A stretch of DNA of 64,000 nt from Podarcis tiliguerta (Eukaryota). The stretch lies in the NCBI GenBank assembly GCA_965153285.1, contig OZ229120.1; one strand, written 5' to 3'. Position numbers and translations under genes: made by a program. The notes under the pieces are model-generated. The model had not been told where the DNA came from and searched no databases. It saw only the letters and a list, made by a program, of their open reading frames with translations. Positions 1 through 13,593 of this stretch are shown here, piece after piece; within the stretch, counting starts at the first letter, position 1; every line of letters begins with the position of its first letter.

Positions 1-1399
1 ACAGCAGTAAGGTGGAAGCCACACAGGGTGCCCTGGTGAGACTGCCACAACCTGGGACCTTGCCAGCTCTGTCTGGGTAAGCAGCAGTGACTTTGGTCAC
101 TGCTGGATATACACACTGCTAAGAACTCTTTTTAGCAGCAGTAGATGTAGCTGCTTTTTAATAAGAATGCTTGGCTGAGTGCATATACCTCTAGCAAAAG
201 TTAACTGCACCGGTGGTGTTGTGTCACTGCCATGAAAAAATCCTTGTATATGTGAGATATAAGCAAAACAAGTTTGTAAATGTGACTGTTGGCACTGGAA
301 AGAGAATCCATATTTTCTGGAGGAATATGAAACCAGTGCCAGTTTACAATGGGCATTTCTTAAGAGGTCTGTTTGCTTTACATTGGGTGATGAATTCCTT
401 CACTGGGAAGTTCAGTTGTTGCTGAAAATTAAAGAGATATTTTATATAAGCAACAATATAGTCTTAACAGACATGAGCTGTTGAGGAGGGGGGGAACCCT
501 CTGGTATAGGACAACACAGGGTTCAATGTCACAACTCCAGTATTCTGAAAAGTTGGCAGCCATTCTGCACTAGCTGCCATTTAGATTGCTTAAAGAGCAG
601 ATATCCATGTGACTTGCTGCATAAGTGATACATTATGTGTGAAAGAAATGACACCATCCCATTTTGCTGATTGACTTACTACATTTTGTTGCCTCGGACC
701 TTTATTGCAATGGATCCTATAGCATACCTAAGATTAGTTACCTGGTAGGAGGTTATGAATGAGATGAAGGAGGAAGAAATCCCCTCTGTCAATTATTTCT
801 AAAGGTCACAGAGCTAATGACTAGCTGAGAGGTTAATTAGATTCTGAAAGCCTTTTTTTTATATCAATTAAGACTCTTATCTGTATATCCATAGTAAATA
901 AGCACCTCTCACTATTTCAACTTGTGAACCTTTGTTCTCTTGCTCTGAGTGGCCTTGCACATGACAAAAATGCAGGGAAGATATGCTTCTCCATCACATC
1001 TGGAACAAAATGGTTGCATCTTCCCTGTACCATGAGATGCACAGAGTCCCAGGAATGTGCACATCTCACTATGCAATGAAGCAAAGTATCTCACCAACAC
1101 CTCCCCATCCTCTGTGAAGCTGCTATCTGGGTAGGATTCAACTGATGAGTCCCTTTAGTGGAAACCTATGCCATGATTTCTGCTAGCACAAAGGGGCTTC
1201 CTCCCCTCCCCCCACTCTGCATGGTCCCTGTGCCCTTGAAATTAGCTGAGGGGGATCAGGCCACCCCAGAACAGCTTGTGGGTGCGAGAGCAGGGATTGT
1301 TCTCCCTGGCAAGCTATAATGCTTGCACTGACAGAATGATTGTCCTAGTGCCACATTGAATTCCTCCCTAAGGAGTTGATCCAAAGGTTTCCCAGAAAA

Positions 1400-1885
1400 G
1401 GTGAGTTTCATTGAGGCATTGCAGGAGGTGGTTCCAGGTGTAAGGGGCAGCAAAGGAAAGGGGAGCAGGAGACTTTTGCAGAGCTGAGGATGTAGAGTTG
1501 GACAAGCAAAGGTCACAGGAAGGGATGTGTCAGGAAATAAGTACAGAGAGATAAGGAGGGGAAAGGCCGGGGGGGGTTGAATTTGAGAACAAGAGGTTTG
1601 TACAGTATCTGGAAATGGACAGGAAGCTGGTGCAGAGATTTATCACATGGCCAGAGTGACAAGAGAAGTGAATAATTTTGGCACACTATTCTGAATGGAT
1701 GCAAGTGGGAAAAGGTGAGACAATGGAAGACCAAAGGAAAGAAGACAGCAGTAGTCAAGGCAAGATACAACCAGGATATGGACAAGTGTTTTTGTTGAAG
1801 GAATCGCTAGGAATGTTGTAAAGCGAGAAGCAGCATGACTTGGCAACTGACTGAATTTGGGAGGCAAAGGAGAAAGAAAAATGAA
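1400..1885 (-). mobile_element. Decayed L2-type LINE, ORF2 3' remnant
   Basis: Frameshifted minus-strand peptides (SFASQIQSVAKSC..YNI; TKTLVHILVVSCLDYC..GLPLSHL.PL.SIQNS; LHQLPVHFQILYK) resemble the L2 RT C-terminus. Confidence 0.8.
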
Positions 1886-1924
1886 CAGGGGGGATAGCTG
1901 ACACTGTCAATAGATATAAGGAAT

Positions 1925-2073
1925 GGCCGTAGCTCAGAGACAGAACATCTGTCCCACATCTAGTCCCCAGCATCTCCATGTAGGGTGGTGAAAGACCACT
2001 GTCCCAAACCCTGGAGAGCCACATGGTCTGACTCAGTCTGACTCGGTATAAGACGGCTTCCTATGTTCCTATG
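1925..2073 (+). mobile_element. Decayed tRNA-derived SINE (Squam2/Anolis-SINE2-like)
   Basis: gccgtagctcag head, ccctggagagcc body, tggtctgactcggtataagacggcttcctatgttcctatg tail. Confidence 0.7.
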
Positions 2074-2079
2074 ACTTGG

Positions 2080-2400
2080 CAGAGGTCTGCAAACTTTTTC
2101 AGCAGGGGGCCTGTCCACCGTCCCTCATACCTTCTGGGGGGCCAGACTATATTTTGATGGGGGGGGGGAATGAACGAATTCCTATGCCCCACAAATAACC
2201 CAGAGATGCATTTTAAATAAAAGCACGCATTCTACTTATGTAAAAACACCAGGCAGGCCCCACAAATAACCCAGAGATGCATTTTTAAAGGACACATTCT
2301 ACTCATGTAAAATCACGCTGATTCCTGGACCGTCCACGGGCCAGATTTGGAAAGCGATTGGGACGGATATGGCCCCCGGGCCTTAGTTTGCTTACCCATG
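2080..2400. mobile_element. Non-autonomous hAT-like MITE with an internal ~55-nt tandem duplication
   Basis: Imperfect TIRs CAGAGGTCTGCAAACT / AGTTTGCTTACCCATG; TGACTTGG repeated at both junctions; ccccacaaataacccagagatgcatttt occurs twice. Confidence 0.7.
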
Positions 2401-2534
2401 ACTTGGGCAGTAAACTCAGAACCATTAACTGTGGAACAAAACAACATTCTAACATAATAAGCTTCCAGCGAAGTCACCATATTAGTTTCGTCCTGCAAGA
2501 GCAACAAGAATCAATGTGATGAAGTGGATTTTGT

Positions 2535-2610
2535 TCCAAAGAAAGCTTATGGTGTAATAAATGTGTTCATCTTTAAGGTGCCAAAGGCTCTTGTGTTGAT
2601 TTTGACTACT
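2535..2610. mobile_element. Penelope-like element terminal fragment (second copy at about 22130-22270)
   Basis: gaaagcttatg..aataaa...tctttaaggtgcca...ctcttgtgttg resembles reptile Penelope ends; related palindromic sequence at 22130-22270. Confidence 0.5.
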
Positions 2611-3072
2611 GTTAGGCAACCACAGAGACAGTGTAAAAGCTGAAGGGGGGGCTTTGGAAGCTGCCTTAATTTTTGTGGGAGGGAAAGTAAGTTTATGCAA
2701 GCAGCACCCATGCATTTGTCCTAATTTTTCCACTCTCGTTAGTCATCCTATGAGGCAAAAGTTGGATGGGGTGCTTTAAAATTAACAGCATATAAAGAGC
2801 AAGGTCTTGAGTCTGCATCATGCTCTGCTCGTTCTGCTTCACAGATAAGTGTTTCTTCTTCAAGGCATAAGATAGCTGGCTCAGGAGCAGGGGGGGAAAT
2901 CTTGCACTTTTGTGTAACATTCTTATAACCTAATAGGTCTACTGTTTTGTTCTGGGTTTTTTCTCTCCACTCCCTCCTAATCTCATCATTGGATAAGGTT
3001 CTTTGTTTTTGTAGTCACTGTTTCACATAGTAACAGCTTGTTGTGTTTTGGTCTATTTGCCAGAGGCTAGGT

Positions 3073-3591
3073 TTATTTTTAAATCCTTGAACTTTTGAGT
3101 TTTCTTTTTTTCCAAGATTGGAAGCAGCTGAAATGCCTAGAGTTACAGGTTGAAAAGCTTGCTTTACAATATGAGAAAAAGGAAGCTCCGATTTCCCCCT
3201 CCCCCTTTTGTGCTGCTTTGCTCCTTCTTCTTTTTTTAATTTTTCCTAACAAATGTCTCTAACTGGTAGTTGCCTAAAAATAGAAAACCACCTAGCTAAA
3301 AATAGGTTTGCTCTCAGTCTTGCCAAGGAAAATGGAGAGGAATGGGGCGTGGACTCGGAGGCTGAGTAATCCAGCTCTATTCATTCAGAGATCCCTTTGA
3401 GAATGCAGGCCGATGATAAAGTGCCCTCCAAAAAAAAAGGGGGGGGGAGCCACAGGCCTCACTTGCTCTCTTCAGACTGCTAGGTGCCAATAAACATTTT
3501 AGCCCAAGGATATATTTTTTTCTCAGAGTCGTAAACATTTTATGAAAGACAAGGCTTTGTTTCACAGAAGCTAACTTGCTGTCAAAAATAG
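3073..3591. promoter_or_regulatory. Candidate intronic enhancer with tandem MEF2 sites
   Basis: CTAAAAATAG at 3274-3283 and 3296-3305, TTATTTTTAA 3073-3082, near-match TCAAAAATAG 3582-3591, E-box CAGCTG 3125-3130, GC-box GGGGCGTGG 3344-3352. Confidence 0.55.
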
Positions 3592-5005
3592 CTGGCTTTT
3601 CCTAAAGCCTTCCTCCGTCTCCCCTTCAGCCCTGGTCCCACTTTCCTCAGAGTTAAAAAATATTTTTTTTAAAAAAGGGTTTCTCAGATACATACTGCCA
3701 GTGTGTCCAACTGAGATACAACCTAACATTTTATAAATTTAATAACTCGTTGACGCTGGGATACGTGCGGGCCTTGCTTTCAACACTTGCCCAAGTGAGA
3801 GAAATTGCATTTCTTTTTTCTTTTTTTCTTTTTTTGAGTTTTAAATTGGTGGGTTGCTATAATTTCCTAATTAACTCTTGCATCGCCTCAGAGTGGTTCA
3901 GTGTTCAAAATCCAGGAGCTAAGGGGTCTGTTTATAAAGTAGCATTAAATGAAGGAACTGGAATAAAAAGTATTCTTTTAATCTGAGGGACCATTAGGCA
4001 CCTCTATACCATATTTAGACAGATTCCTTCTCCTGCTTGCATTTGTTTTGGGTTCTTCCACAAAGAACCAGAACTTTGGGGTGTATGTATGTAAAAAGCT
4101 CTTGGTTTAGAAACATGTTAGTTCTGATAACACAAAACACTTGGTTCTGATAACACAAAATCAATACCATATTGATTCACATACAGTGTGGGAGAGACAT
4201 TAATAAATAAGTCAAGGTTTGGAGGGTGGATTGAGAAGGAGGCATTTTATGTTCTGAGTGGACCTTGATTTTCCTTTCCTTTCCTTTTTTACTTACACAG
4301 AGCACTAGCAGAAATCTTAAAGCTGCAGCATGCTTTCAAACGGCTTTCCTTGAGCTTTTGTTTTTGGAGTACTTTTAATTAAAAGTAATCTTGACAAATA
4401 TACGAGCTGGGTGTGTAGAAATGTCAGCAGAGTTCAGGAGGTTACATGGGACTGTGTATTATTATGCGCAGTTCCTGTAAATGCAGCTGGTGATAAGACT
4501 CTGAAGACAAAGGACAATAATTGATGAGAGGGGACTTAAATCACCCCAGAAGAATCAGAGCCCTTGTATCTATACACATTAACTCTTTTAGTCGCTTTCC
4601 TGCTTATGAGGAATTTTGTCATTGCATGTTGCAACCCTCCCTCATCCCCCCCCCCAGCTACTGCTTTTTGTGATGGAGGCGAGGCAGACCACAAGTGACC
4701 TCTTTATGCAGTAAACAGGGTGTGATTGTGTCTGTGTGGTGTATTAGTAATTACCAAGACTGAATTCCCATATTGAATCTTAACTGCTTGCATGGAAAAA
4801 TAGGACACACAACCTTGTGCAACTATTTCCAACCTAGATAGTGATCTCCTTATTGCTGTGTTGCAGAGACAACTTTTTTTTAGCAGCAAATTCATTTTTC
4901 TATGTTTTATCATTAAGACATTCCTGTTATGCATGATAGATGCAAATCTTGTTAATGTGAAATTTGTTTATAGGTACTATTCAACAGATGCTTAGAAGTG
5001 CCACA

Positions 5006-5007
<2 letters not shown>

Positions 5008-5039
<32 letters not shown>
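5008..5039. repeat. (GT)16 microsatellite
   Basis: Direct reading. Confidence 0.97.
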
Positions 5040-5041
<2 letters not shown>

Positions 5042-8000
5042 TAACCACGTACTGTAACCAAGGTTTGTTCTTGGTTTATGGCTTGTGGTTTGAACAGGCA
5101 AGCTAAACGACGAGTCCAAGTTCGCACACCATGCTAAGCTAACCCTTGGCTTAGCTCGGTGTTGTGCAACAGCAACAGCAGTCAGGGAGGAATGAGACAG
5201 CTATGAAAACTAGGCCACTGAGTGTTAACGTAATCTCTGAAGATTTTTGTTTGTTTGTTTCTGGTATATAGTCTGGTAGCCAAACCCCAAAGTGGCCATA
5301 TGCAGGTGAGGTGCTGACAACATTGCCCAGTTATTTGCTCCTCTCCTCCACTCTCAGATGGGTATCTGTGGTTTAATGTTATGACACTAACTCTTATTAG
5401 CCAAAACTTTGCTGCAGATGTAATACAAACCATAGAGGAGTTTGTATGAAAGCTTAAGCATTCTCAGCAAAACTTCTAAACTTTTAAAGTAAATTTTTCT
5501 GGAAGTTTATAATTTATTTTTCAACGCTAAGATATCTTGGTTGTAATGAGCCTGGTTTCGGCTCATTAAGATATAGAACGCGCCATTTTGGGTTGGATCA
5601 AAAGCCCAGGGAACTGAAGAATGGCTGTCCTTTTATTTGTTTATTGGAAAAATCCTAACCTTCTATTTCATAATATGCAACAGGGAAGCTTACAAGTATA
5701 AAATGCAACAAAATTAGCCCATAAATACCTATAAAACGTAACTAAAAGCATCAGCAATGTGGCTAAACAGATGGGATAACAGGTAATTCTCTACAGCAAC
5801 CTGCAGATATTAGGAGGGCAGAGAGAACTTATCAGACCGCAGTTGTTGGGAGCAGTGCAGGTGGGAAGGGACAGGTTGGTGGGAGCCATGTCAGTTAAGA
5901 ACTCGGCCCAGGGCTTAATTTTGAAGACTTCAGCAGACAGAGTTGACATGTTTCCAGGTTTTTCTCTCCAACCATGAGGGCCAGTGTCTTAACATTTTTA
6001 AAATGAGGAAGGGGGCAGCTGTTAAAACAGAGTCCTGGCCATTGTACAACTATATCCACAAGAAGTGGCAGAATGCTTCACTGTTTTTCTTCAAATGTAG
6101 CCACCTTCATAGTTTTCCTAAATTCAGGGTGAATAACTTGCTCTTGACTTAAGATCCTCTCCTTCATTTTTTATACTTTTGGCAAAAAAAACTTGGTTAA
6201 ACTTCAAAATATGCTGACTTCCCCCTTTGTTACAGTAAACAAATGTTAATTATTTATCTGTGTTCTGCATAATTTGCATCCATACTTTATGAATTAAGTA
6301 GATGTTATTGATTGGACTCCATTTGGCTTCTGAGAGGTCTCTAAATGTATGGCATGGGTTTACCTAAAGCTCAAGATGAAATTAACACAAATTATAAAAT
6401 TCATAGTTATGTAAAAGTTTCAGTTACATTTGCTTTATTAACCCAGATACTTAATAATCATAGGGTCAATGATTCACTGTGAACTATGTTCAGAATAAAC
6501 AATTCTAAATTATTATTAATGCTTATGTATTAATTGTTCAATGCTGTTTAAACATACAATAATGATTTGTATCCAGATGCTTTATCATTTCAGCAGATCA
6601 GCCTAGATCTTCTTCTTTTATGCTTAGAAATTAATGACCAAGTAAATGTACCAGTAAAAGAAGTCTGCCCAACTTTATTTTGAATAATTTAATGTCTTTG
6701 CAATAGAAGCTGGCATTAAGGGTGAAAATCTTTGATGTATTGGATATGCATGCATTATAAAAGTCTCAAACCTACTTATTTACATCATCCTGTGCAACCT
6801 ATAGACAACTATAATTACATTTTATAGAGCTCTATTATATATAAAAAAGTGCATGCACTTTACGTTAGGGTTGTTAAAGCATGAGTTTATTTCTTTGATC
6901 AAGCATTACACCACAGAGGCTGTTCAAAGGAAGTAAATTATAGAATAGTCGATAAGAGTATTTTAAACAACATGCAGCTGCTATAGATTGACTCAAAGGA
7001 GATCAAAATCTTGACGGAGAAGCAATTCCTAATGGATTGTGTGCTGTGTGTAGGGGGAGAGAGAGAGAGAAAAATTTCACTGCCACAATAGGACCATATG
7101 TAGAATATGACCGAACGTAAAAAGCACATAATGTATGCTTCCAATGCCTGTAATTGAGGGACTTGATATTGGTTATTACATGGTTTTAGTGTGTTCAAAC
7201 TCGTATCAGCAAAATCGCAGCTCCACTCTCTTGCCCCCTCCCCAATCCCCACCAGTTATAAAATGTGTAGGTTAGCAGTCACATTTTTTATTTTTATTTT
7301 AATGATATATGAACATGACATTGATTCCTAAAATGTATATTTCCTGGAACACACCTACTGAACAACTTCCATCCCACCCTGCAAGGCTTTTTATTGCCAT
7401 TGTGGGTTCCTTTCATGTGGTATCTTTGGTTCCTTCTCTTCTCCTCCAAAGCAGCAGGATGCTGTTGGGGTGGTGGTGGTTATATTACATGGTTCTTTGA
7501 TTCCATAAGACAGGAAAAATCATGTCATGGGATGTCCCAATCCAATGCTGTAAAAACCATGCAGACTCAGTAAGACTACTCATGTCTTTTATCTCTCTGG
7601 TTGCTTTTTGGATTCTGTGGGTCATTTCTTCATCCGTGTGTATATGTGCATATGATGGGCAGCTAGCTCGCAGCGCAGTGTCAATCCACTCATGTTGTTT
7701 GGATGTTGTGCATTAATACTATCTGGATCCACAGTTAGCCTAGTATGTGATGAAAGAGGGCTATGGAGTTATGTAGAGAAGGCAGAAATGTGAAGGATGC
7801 CTATTGGCAGGGCATGCTATGTACTCATACAGTAGGTGTCTGCATGTTACATTCTACAAGTGTACACAAAACACTGATCTGTACAAATCAACAAGTGTGC
7901 ACTCTTTCGCACAAGCACATGTGTAGAGATAGCTTGTACCTGTATTCATCGTAACGTGTGAACAAAGCTATAGGTGAGAAAAGACGGGAAAGGGGTTTTG

Positions 8001-8989
8001 TAGAAGCAAGAGCAACATTGCAGGGAGCATTGCCTATCTCTGTCCCTCACAAGCAGACAGGATTTTCAACTGTTTTTCCCCAGCATGAAGTGGGGGCAGA
8101 GAGAGAGAAGATCAGAGGATATTTAAGTTGCTGCAGACTGTTAGATATTAATGGCAGAGGAGTAAAGTGGCTGTCAAGAGAAGGTAAGGAGAAAGCAGAG
8201 ACAGCTGCAATTAATGTGAATGAAAATGAGGTGTGTAATGGCAGCCTTTGTAGTTCTGTATAGAGTTAAGGCAGACTTTAGACATGGATCTTAAAAACAG
8301 AGAGATTCAATTTTTTACTCAGCTATGGGCTCCTTGCGTGACTTTAGCCATTCATTAACTCTCTCTCAGCCCCAGTTTCCGTTTTGTGAAACAAAAGTAT
8401 ATCTGCAGATGCTTAACTGTGGTCAGTCCCTTCAGCAGATAGTGACATTGTTAGTCTCGGGGAAAACAACCCCATATTTGCGTCAAAACACCAGCATTCT
8501 TGCTGTTGATGTATCGCTAAAATAACAGCTTCCATAAGACGCATCCAGTACTCACTATGTTTGTTGTATGTTTGCAAGATACACAGTACTCTTCCTCAGT
8601 TCAAGAAAAATTATTTTCTGAAGCTTTGTCTAGGGATTTAAAAGGTGTTTCTCTATTTCCTTCTCTCCAGATGTCTCCATTTATAGCTTCTAAATGTTGT
8701 CAGGTATAAATGGTTTCACCTAATTGTCTTCATTAGCAGAGGCCTTGAACTGTCAGCCCCCCTGCAGATAACAAGATTTGACAGTTCTGACTAGAGCTGC
8801 ACTTCCTGAACCAATAGTACAAAGTACAAGTAGCTGAGAAGTCTTACTAGCAGGGCTGTGCGATCCCCTCACCCCATAACAACACACTACACTACATGAC
8901 AAAGGATCCCATTTTACTTTTGCATTGCATATAATGTATTTTCTGAACCTGCACAATTTCATGGTGGGTCCTGAGCTTTAGTTTTTGAG

Positions 8990-9240
8990 AGAGGGGAAAG
9001 ATCTGTCCCCATCCAAAATATATATACCATTCCTAATTTTATAAAGTTCTGTCATGACTCCCCATAGTCTTCTTTCTTCTAAGCGAAAAAACCTCAGAGG
9101 CTTCACCCTTCTTTCGTAGGAAGGTGATTCAACCCCTTCATCATTTTGGTTGTTCTTTTCCAATGCTGGGATAACACTTTTCACATGGGGCAACAGGTAT
9201 TTCGAATGTGGGTGCACCACTGAAAGGCATTATTATTTTC
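8990..9240 (-). mobile_element. CR1 LINE ORF2 3' remnant
   Basis: Peptide PSYERRVKPLRFFRLEERRLWGVMTELYKIRNG matches the CR1 C-terminal motif LPYEERLxxLGLFSLEKRRLRGDMIEVYKI. Confidence 0.85.
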
Positions 9241-11347
9241 ATGCCTTCCCTTATGCTTTGTTTTCCTTTTTAAATATTGCAGCATATTTAGCTGATTTTG
9301 TTGGATGAAATAGGAATTCCCTGGACAATACTGGAGCTTGGAGTTCAGTCCACAGAAAACTGTGCTCCCACGACAACTCCTTGTCTGCTTACATACTTTG
9401 CAAGTGGGGCTTCCTTTCGGTGCTGATCAGCTGATTGGAAAAGAATGGAACCTCTCCTGGGATTGGCTGCAGCAGGGAGTTCCCTGTCAGAAACTCCGTA
9501 TTGCGGCTGGGGGGATGTGGAATCTCACTTTCTATGTTTGGAGCAAGTGGTTTGGATTCAAGCTGCTTCTTCCAAATGGAATATTTTTATCTCTGCAAAC
9601 GTTGCAGCTGCTTCCTCTGCTGAGGGGGAAATACTCTGTTTGGACTTCAAACGTAGCATCCCCTCCTTCCCCCAGATAATCTGCAGAAGGAAATATGCTT
9701 TGTATCGAAGCAGCAGCTTGAATCTAAATAGTGTCCTCCAAACAAATTTTGAAGGGCTTCCCTGTAACTGCCAAGCAGCGGATAAGCGGTTAGAGGTAGC
9801 TCCTTCATCAAGTGATTGAGCCACCTGTCAAAGTTGGCCAACTAAGGTGGAGGTATTGGAGATCTGACCCACTGGCCAGATCCAGTTGCCCACCACTGCT
9901 TTAGCTGAAGTATAGTTTAATGTGATGTGTGAACCAAGCCTTTGTTGATCACTTTGTTATCCTCAACTGTCCAGGCAGTATAACAGGTACCTAATGTGAG
10001 CAATGGACATTGTACTATTGAAATGATGAATTTGGCACAATTCATAATGTATTGTGCGTGCGCACACAAATAGTGCCTTGCTGTGTCTCCCCTGCCCACT
10101 GTCCCTTTTTGTTCACTTCTACTTGATCACAATATTGCACAGCCAGCAATGTGAGCAGCTGCCGTCTCAATGCAGCCTTAAATAAGTCTTGAAACCTCTT
10201 TGACAACAATTTTATGCTGAGCCATTTCTTCTTCCCTGATGGGACAACAATTAACAACCATTTCTGGACCATAATATTTGTCGTTATTGGATTTATGAAA
10301 GACAGGATCCTGTTCAATAAACTCCAAAACTGATGGAGTGGCATTTCTGTCTGTTCAGAGCGATGTAGGAGAACCATATTGTTCAGATGTTTTGGACGAA
10401 CAGCTAAGTCAGGAGAACCATGTATTTTCTCTGTGCAGTTTATTTATCTCACTTGCTCACAGTTAAATTCATATGAAGGTTACAGCTGGCTATATTAGTC
10501 ATACCCTGCCATGGCCAGGATGAAGATTTGAAGCAACAACATGTAACCTAAGGAGCAGGGTGTGTTTAGAGCTATGACCCTGCATATATCCATTTGAAAG
10601 GAAGTTCCACTGAAATGAATTGGGTTGATTGAAATGACGATTCAAATGTTATAGCCCCTCACACAGAAATTACCAAATGGTCCTTCCACTTGGTAGGAAA
10701 TCTTTAAAACAGAGTTCTGGTTTCTTTGACCGATTGATTCCTTCTCTGAAATCACCACCACCAAAGCTGTGAGGTTAGTGGTTAGGTGGAGAATCTTCCT
10801 GAAATTTAGGTGAACCAGGTTTATCCAGGAATTCAAATATTTCAGCAAATATGACCACAAAGAATAGAAGTTCAGTGACTTGTAGAGCTGGAGCTGAACC
10901 TCTTGAACTAGTTTATTCTTGCAAATAAATGTGTTTGAGAATCTGAACAAAAATAGTACAATCTTATACAGTTTTAAATGGCAGAGTAAATATTTTGCTT
11001 TTTGCTTTTTAATTATTACTGCACTGCATTCTGCGTTAAACTGGAAGTGGTATAGAAATTCACTTCCAGACTTTTAACACTTTGTAGCTAAGAGGGCAGT
11101 CCCCCTTTCTCCAGCTTCATTTGTTGGCAGGAAGATGCCTTTCATTTGAGACTATTGTATAGGGAGAAAATGTTAGATATTATCTCCCCAACCCCATTCC
11201 TGATCTTGATTGGCCCCTGCATTTTTCAGGACAAGGGAGACAACAACCATGTTACCTGGAAAAGAAATGGTTAAAGTCACAGATTTGGTTTCTAGAGAGA
11301 AGAAAGAAAGGCCATAGTGAAGGAAATTTCTAGAGCAATCTATGACT

Positions 11348-11704
11348 GTGTAGACACTATACCTTTGAAGCACATTTGCAACACGTTCTTTCCTTCAAAG
11401 AATTCTGGGATTTGTAGCTTGTTAACGGTTGCTAGAATTTGTAACTCTTATACCTTACATTGGTGGTTCCCAATTAGCTAAGTACTTTAGAGCCCCCATT
11501 TTTCCAAAGCCAAGCCAAAGCCTTCTTTTGGAAATTTTTATATATCTGCTGTAGTTTTTATTATGTGAATGGGACCATGGACCACCAATTGGGAACCACC
11601 TTTCAGAGTTACAAATCCCAGCAACTGTTAACAAGTTGCAATGCCCAGAATTCTTTGATGCAAAGAATGAGCTTCAAATGTGCTTTAAGGGTATAATGTG
11701 TGTA
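11348..11704. mobile_element. Old palindromic MITE with a second MITE nested in its centre
   Basis: Outer arms about 11348-11448 and 11605-11704 are reverse complements (caaagaattctggg...ttgttaac...atttgtaactct / agagttacaaat...gttaacaa...cccagaattctttg); inner TIRs ggtggttcccaatt / aattgggaaccacc (about 11462-11600). Confidence 0.75.
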
Positions 11705-12627
11705 AAGCCTATACAGACCATAACCAAATAGAGTAGTATTGTGATAGGCCTGCAAAGTTGTTCCACTGAGTTTTTAAAAGCAAGGGGGGTGGGGGGAGGC
11801 GGGGGGCAGATGCTGGAGCAGTGTACAACAGTGTTGTGTGGACTGAGTGGGGGAAAAGTGTGGCTGTTCCACTGTAATTGCCCAATGTGGATACAGCCGT
11901 GCATTATAATTATCATTACGCTGTATTTCCAAATAAACAGCATAGAATCATTACATTTGTGTTCTTCTCACCAAGTAGATCCGCTTTCTTTTTCTCTTGC
12001 TGCTCTTCGTATCTTCTCAGATAGCTACAAAAACATGAAAATTGGCCCCTTGACTATTTCACAGCTGCTCCTGGAGTTCTGAATACCAGCAGTATAATTG
12101 GCCAAAATCTTGTTAATTTCACTTGCCTGTTGCTTTACGAAGCTATGAGAAACAGCAGGGGTGTTGACCCTGTATTTCTATTCAACTTTGTAAACCAGCC
12201 GTGCTCTTAGCTTTTATTACATGATTCTAACAATGTTTTCCTACTTCCCTGTTGCTTTCTGCCATCTCACTACATCCAAAAACCTATCCTGGAGTTGGGA
12301 ATGATGTGCATTATTGTTGTTATATTTATACCCCGCCCATCTGGCTGGGTTTCCCCAATATTGGCAGGGGAGAGGTGCACATGGAGGGAGGAGTTTGCTG
12401 AAAATGCCTTTGTTGTATGAACAGAGGGATCTAATCAGTTATCTTTCCACATAGGATTTAATGAGTAGAAGAACTTCATATGTTTAAATAAAAGTTTATA
12501 TTTTACTGAATCAGTTTTCATCTAACAACAATATCTTCCTAAAACTAAACAGATCATCCCTCTTCTTGCACATGCTTGCAAAAATTATATTCCGACAGAG
12601 AAGACCATAATGGTGGTGCTTAGCATT

Positions 12628-12972
12628 CCAGAGTCCCTATTTTCCAGGGACAGTCCCGGATTTACAGAAGTCATCCCGGTTTTTGATTTGATCCTGGAAT
12701 GTCCGACTTTTCCCTAGGATGTCCCTCTTTTCATCAGAGAAATGTCAGAGGGTATGGAGCTATGCAACTCCCAAGCCAAGGAGATAAATAACTATACAAG
12801 TTTTAGAAGATATCTGAAGGTAGTAGCCCTGTATAGGGAAGTTTTTTAATGTTTAGTGTTTGATTATGTTTTCAATTATGTTGGAAGCTGCTCAGAGGGG
12901 TAGAGTATAATAATAATAACAATAATAGGATAGGACATCCATATTTTCATCAGAGAAATGTTGAAGGGTATG
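12628..12972. mobile_element. Non-autonomous DNA-transposon fragment with internal repeat
   Basis: ttttcatcagagaaatgt..agggtatgg occurs twice (about 12728 and 12944); gtcccgg-rich subterminal repeats. Confidence 0.6.
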
Positions 12973-13356
12973 GCATTCTGGTGAGGAATTCCTCCTTATT
13001 TATAAAATGTGAAGGAACAATATTGGGAGGAGAAAGCACTGAAAAGTTCTGTGACTGTGTAGTGTGATAAATGTGACAGTGGTGTGCCCAAAGCCCTGGT
13101 CTATGTCGGTAGGGCTTTGTTGAGAAGCACGGTATGTCCCGAACTACACCCAGGTTGTGGTTTTGTAGCTTTAACCAAAGAACTGCTCCCTCTCACTTTA
13201 TTACTGTAGTAGATGACTAATTCCCGCCCCTCACTGTTAATATCGGCTCAGTCATATTAACTTACCAAACTGCCTTATGCTGAATTGCACAATACTGTAT
13301 ATTTATTCCAGTTATCTGGACTAAATTGCCACTCTGGTTGGCAGTGACTCTCTAGA

Positions 13357-13494
13357 TCAAGATGGGGAACCTGTGGTTCTCCTACATGTTGTTAGACTAC
13401 AACTCCCATCATCCATGTCCATTGGTCATGCTGGCTGAGGCTGATGGGAGCTGGAGTCCAGCGACATATGGAGGGCCACAAGTTGCCTACCCTT
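13357..13494. mobile_element. Palindromic hAT-like MITE (gactacaactcccatca family)
   Basis: Arms aacctgtgg...gactacaactcccatca / tgatgggagctggagtc...ccacaagtt; relatives at 33651-33786, ~43400-43490, ~51358-51480, ~56302-56355. Confidence 0.75.
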
Positions 13495-13593
13495 GCTGTG
13501 GATTGTCATTGTTACTTAAATTTCCCCATCTCATTCTAGAAATACCCCAAGCACCTTATAAGCACACCTAATATACAATGTAAGTGATACATA

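Noticed and set aside
4121-4160. Direct repeat gttctgataacacaaaa x2
   Set aside because: Simple local duplication; two units only, not an array or CRISPR
4921-4931. CATAACAGGAA (minus strand) resembling the FOX:ETS motif of the known Mef2c endothelial enhancer
   Set aside because: Flanks do not match the enhancer as I recall it, and that enhancer should lie further upstream; likely chance
9338-9841. Five overlapping ORFs on both strands
   Set aside because: Local scarcity of stop codons, no protein motifs, no evidence of a nested gene
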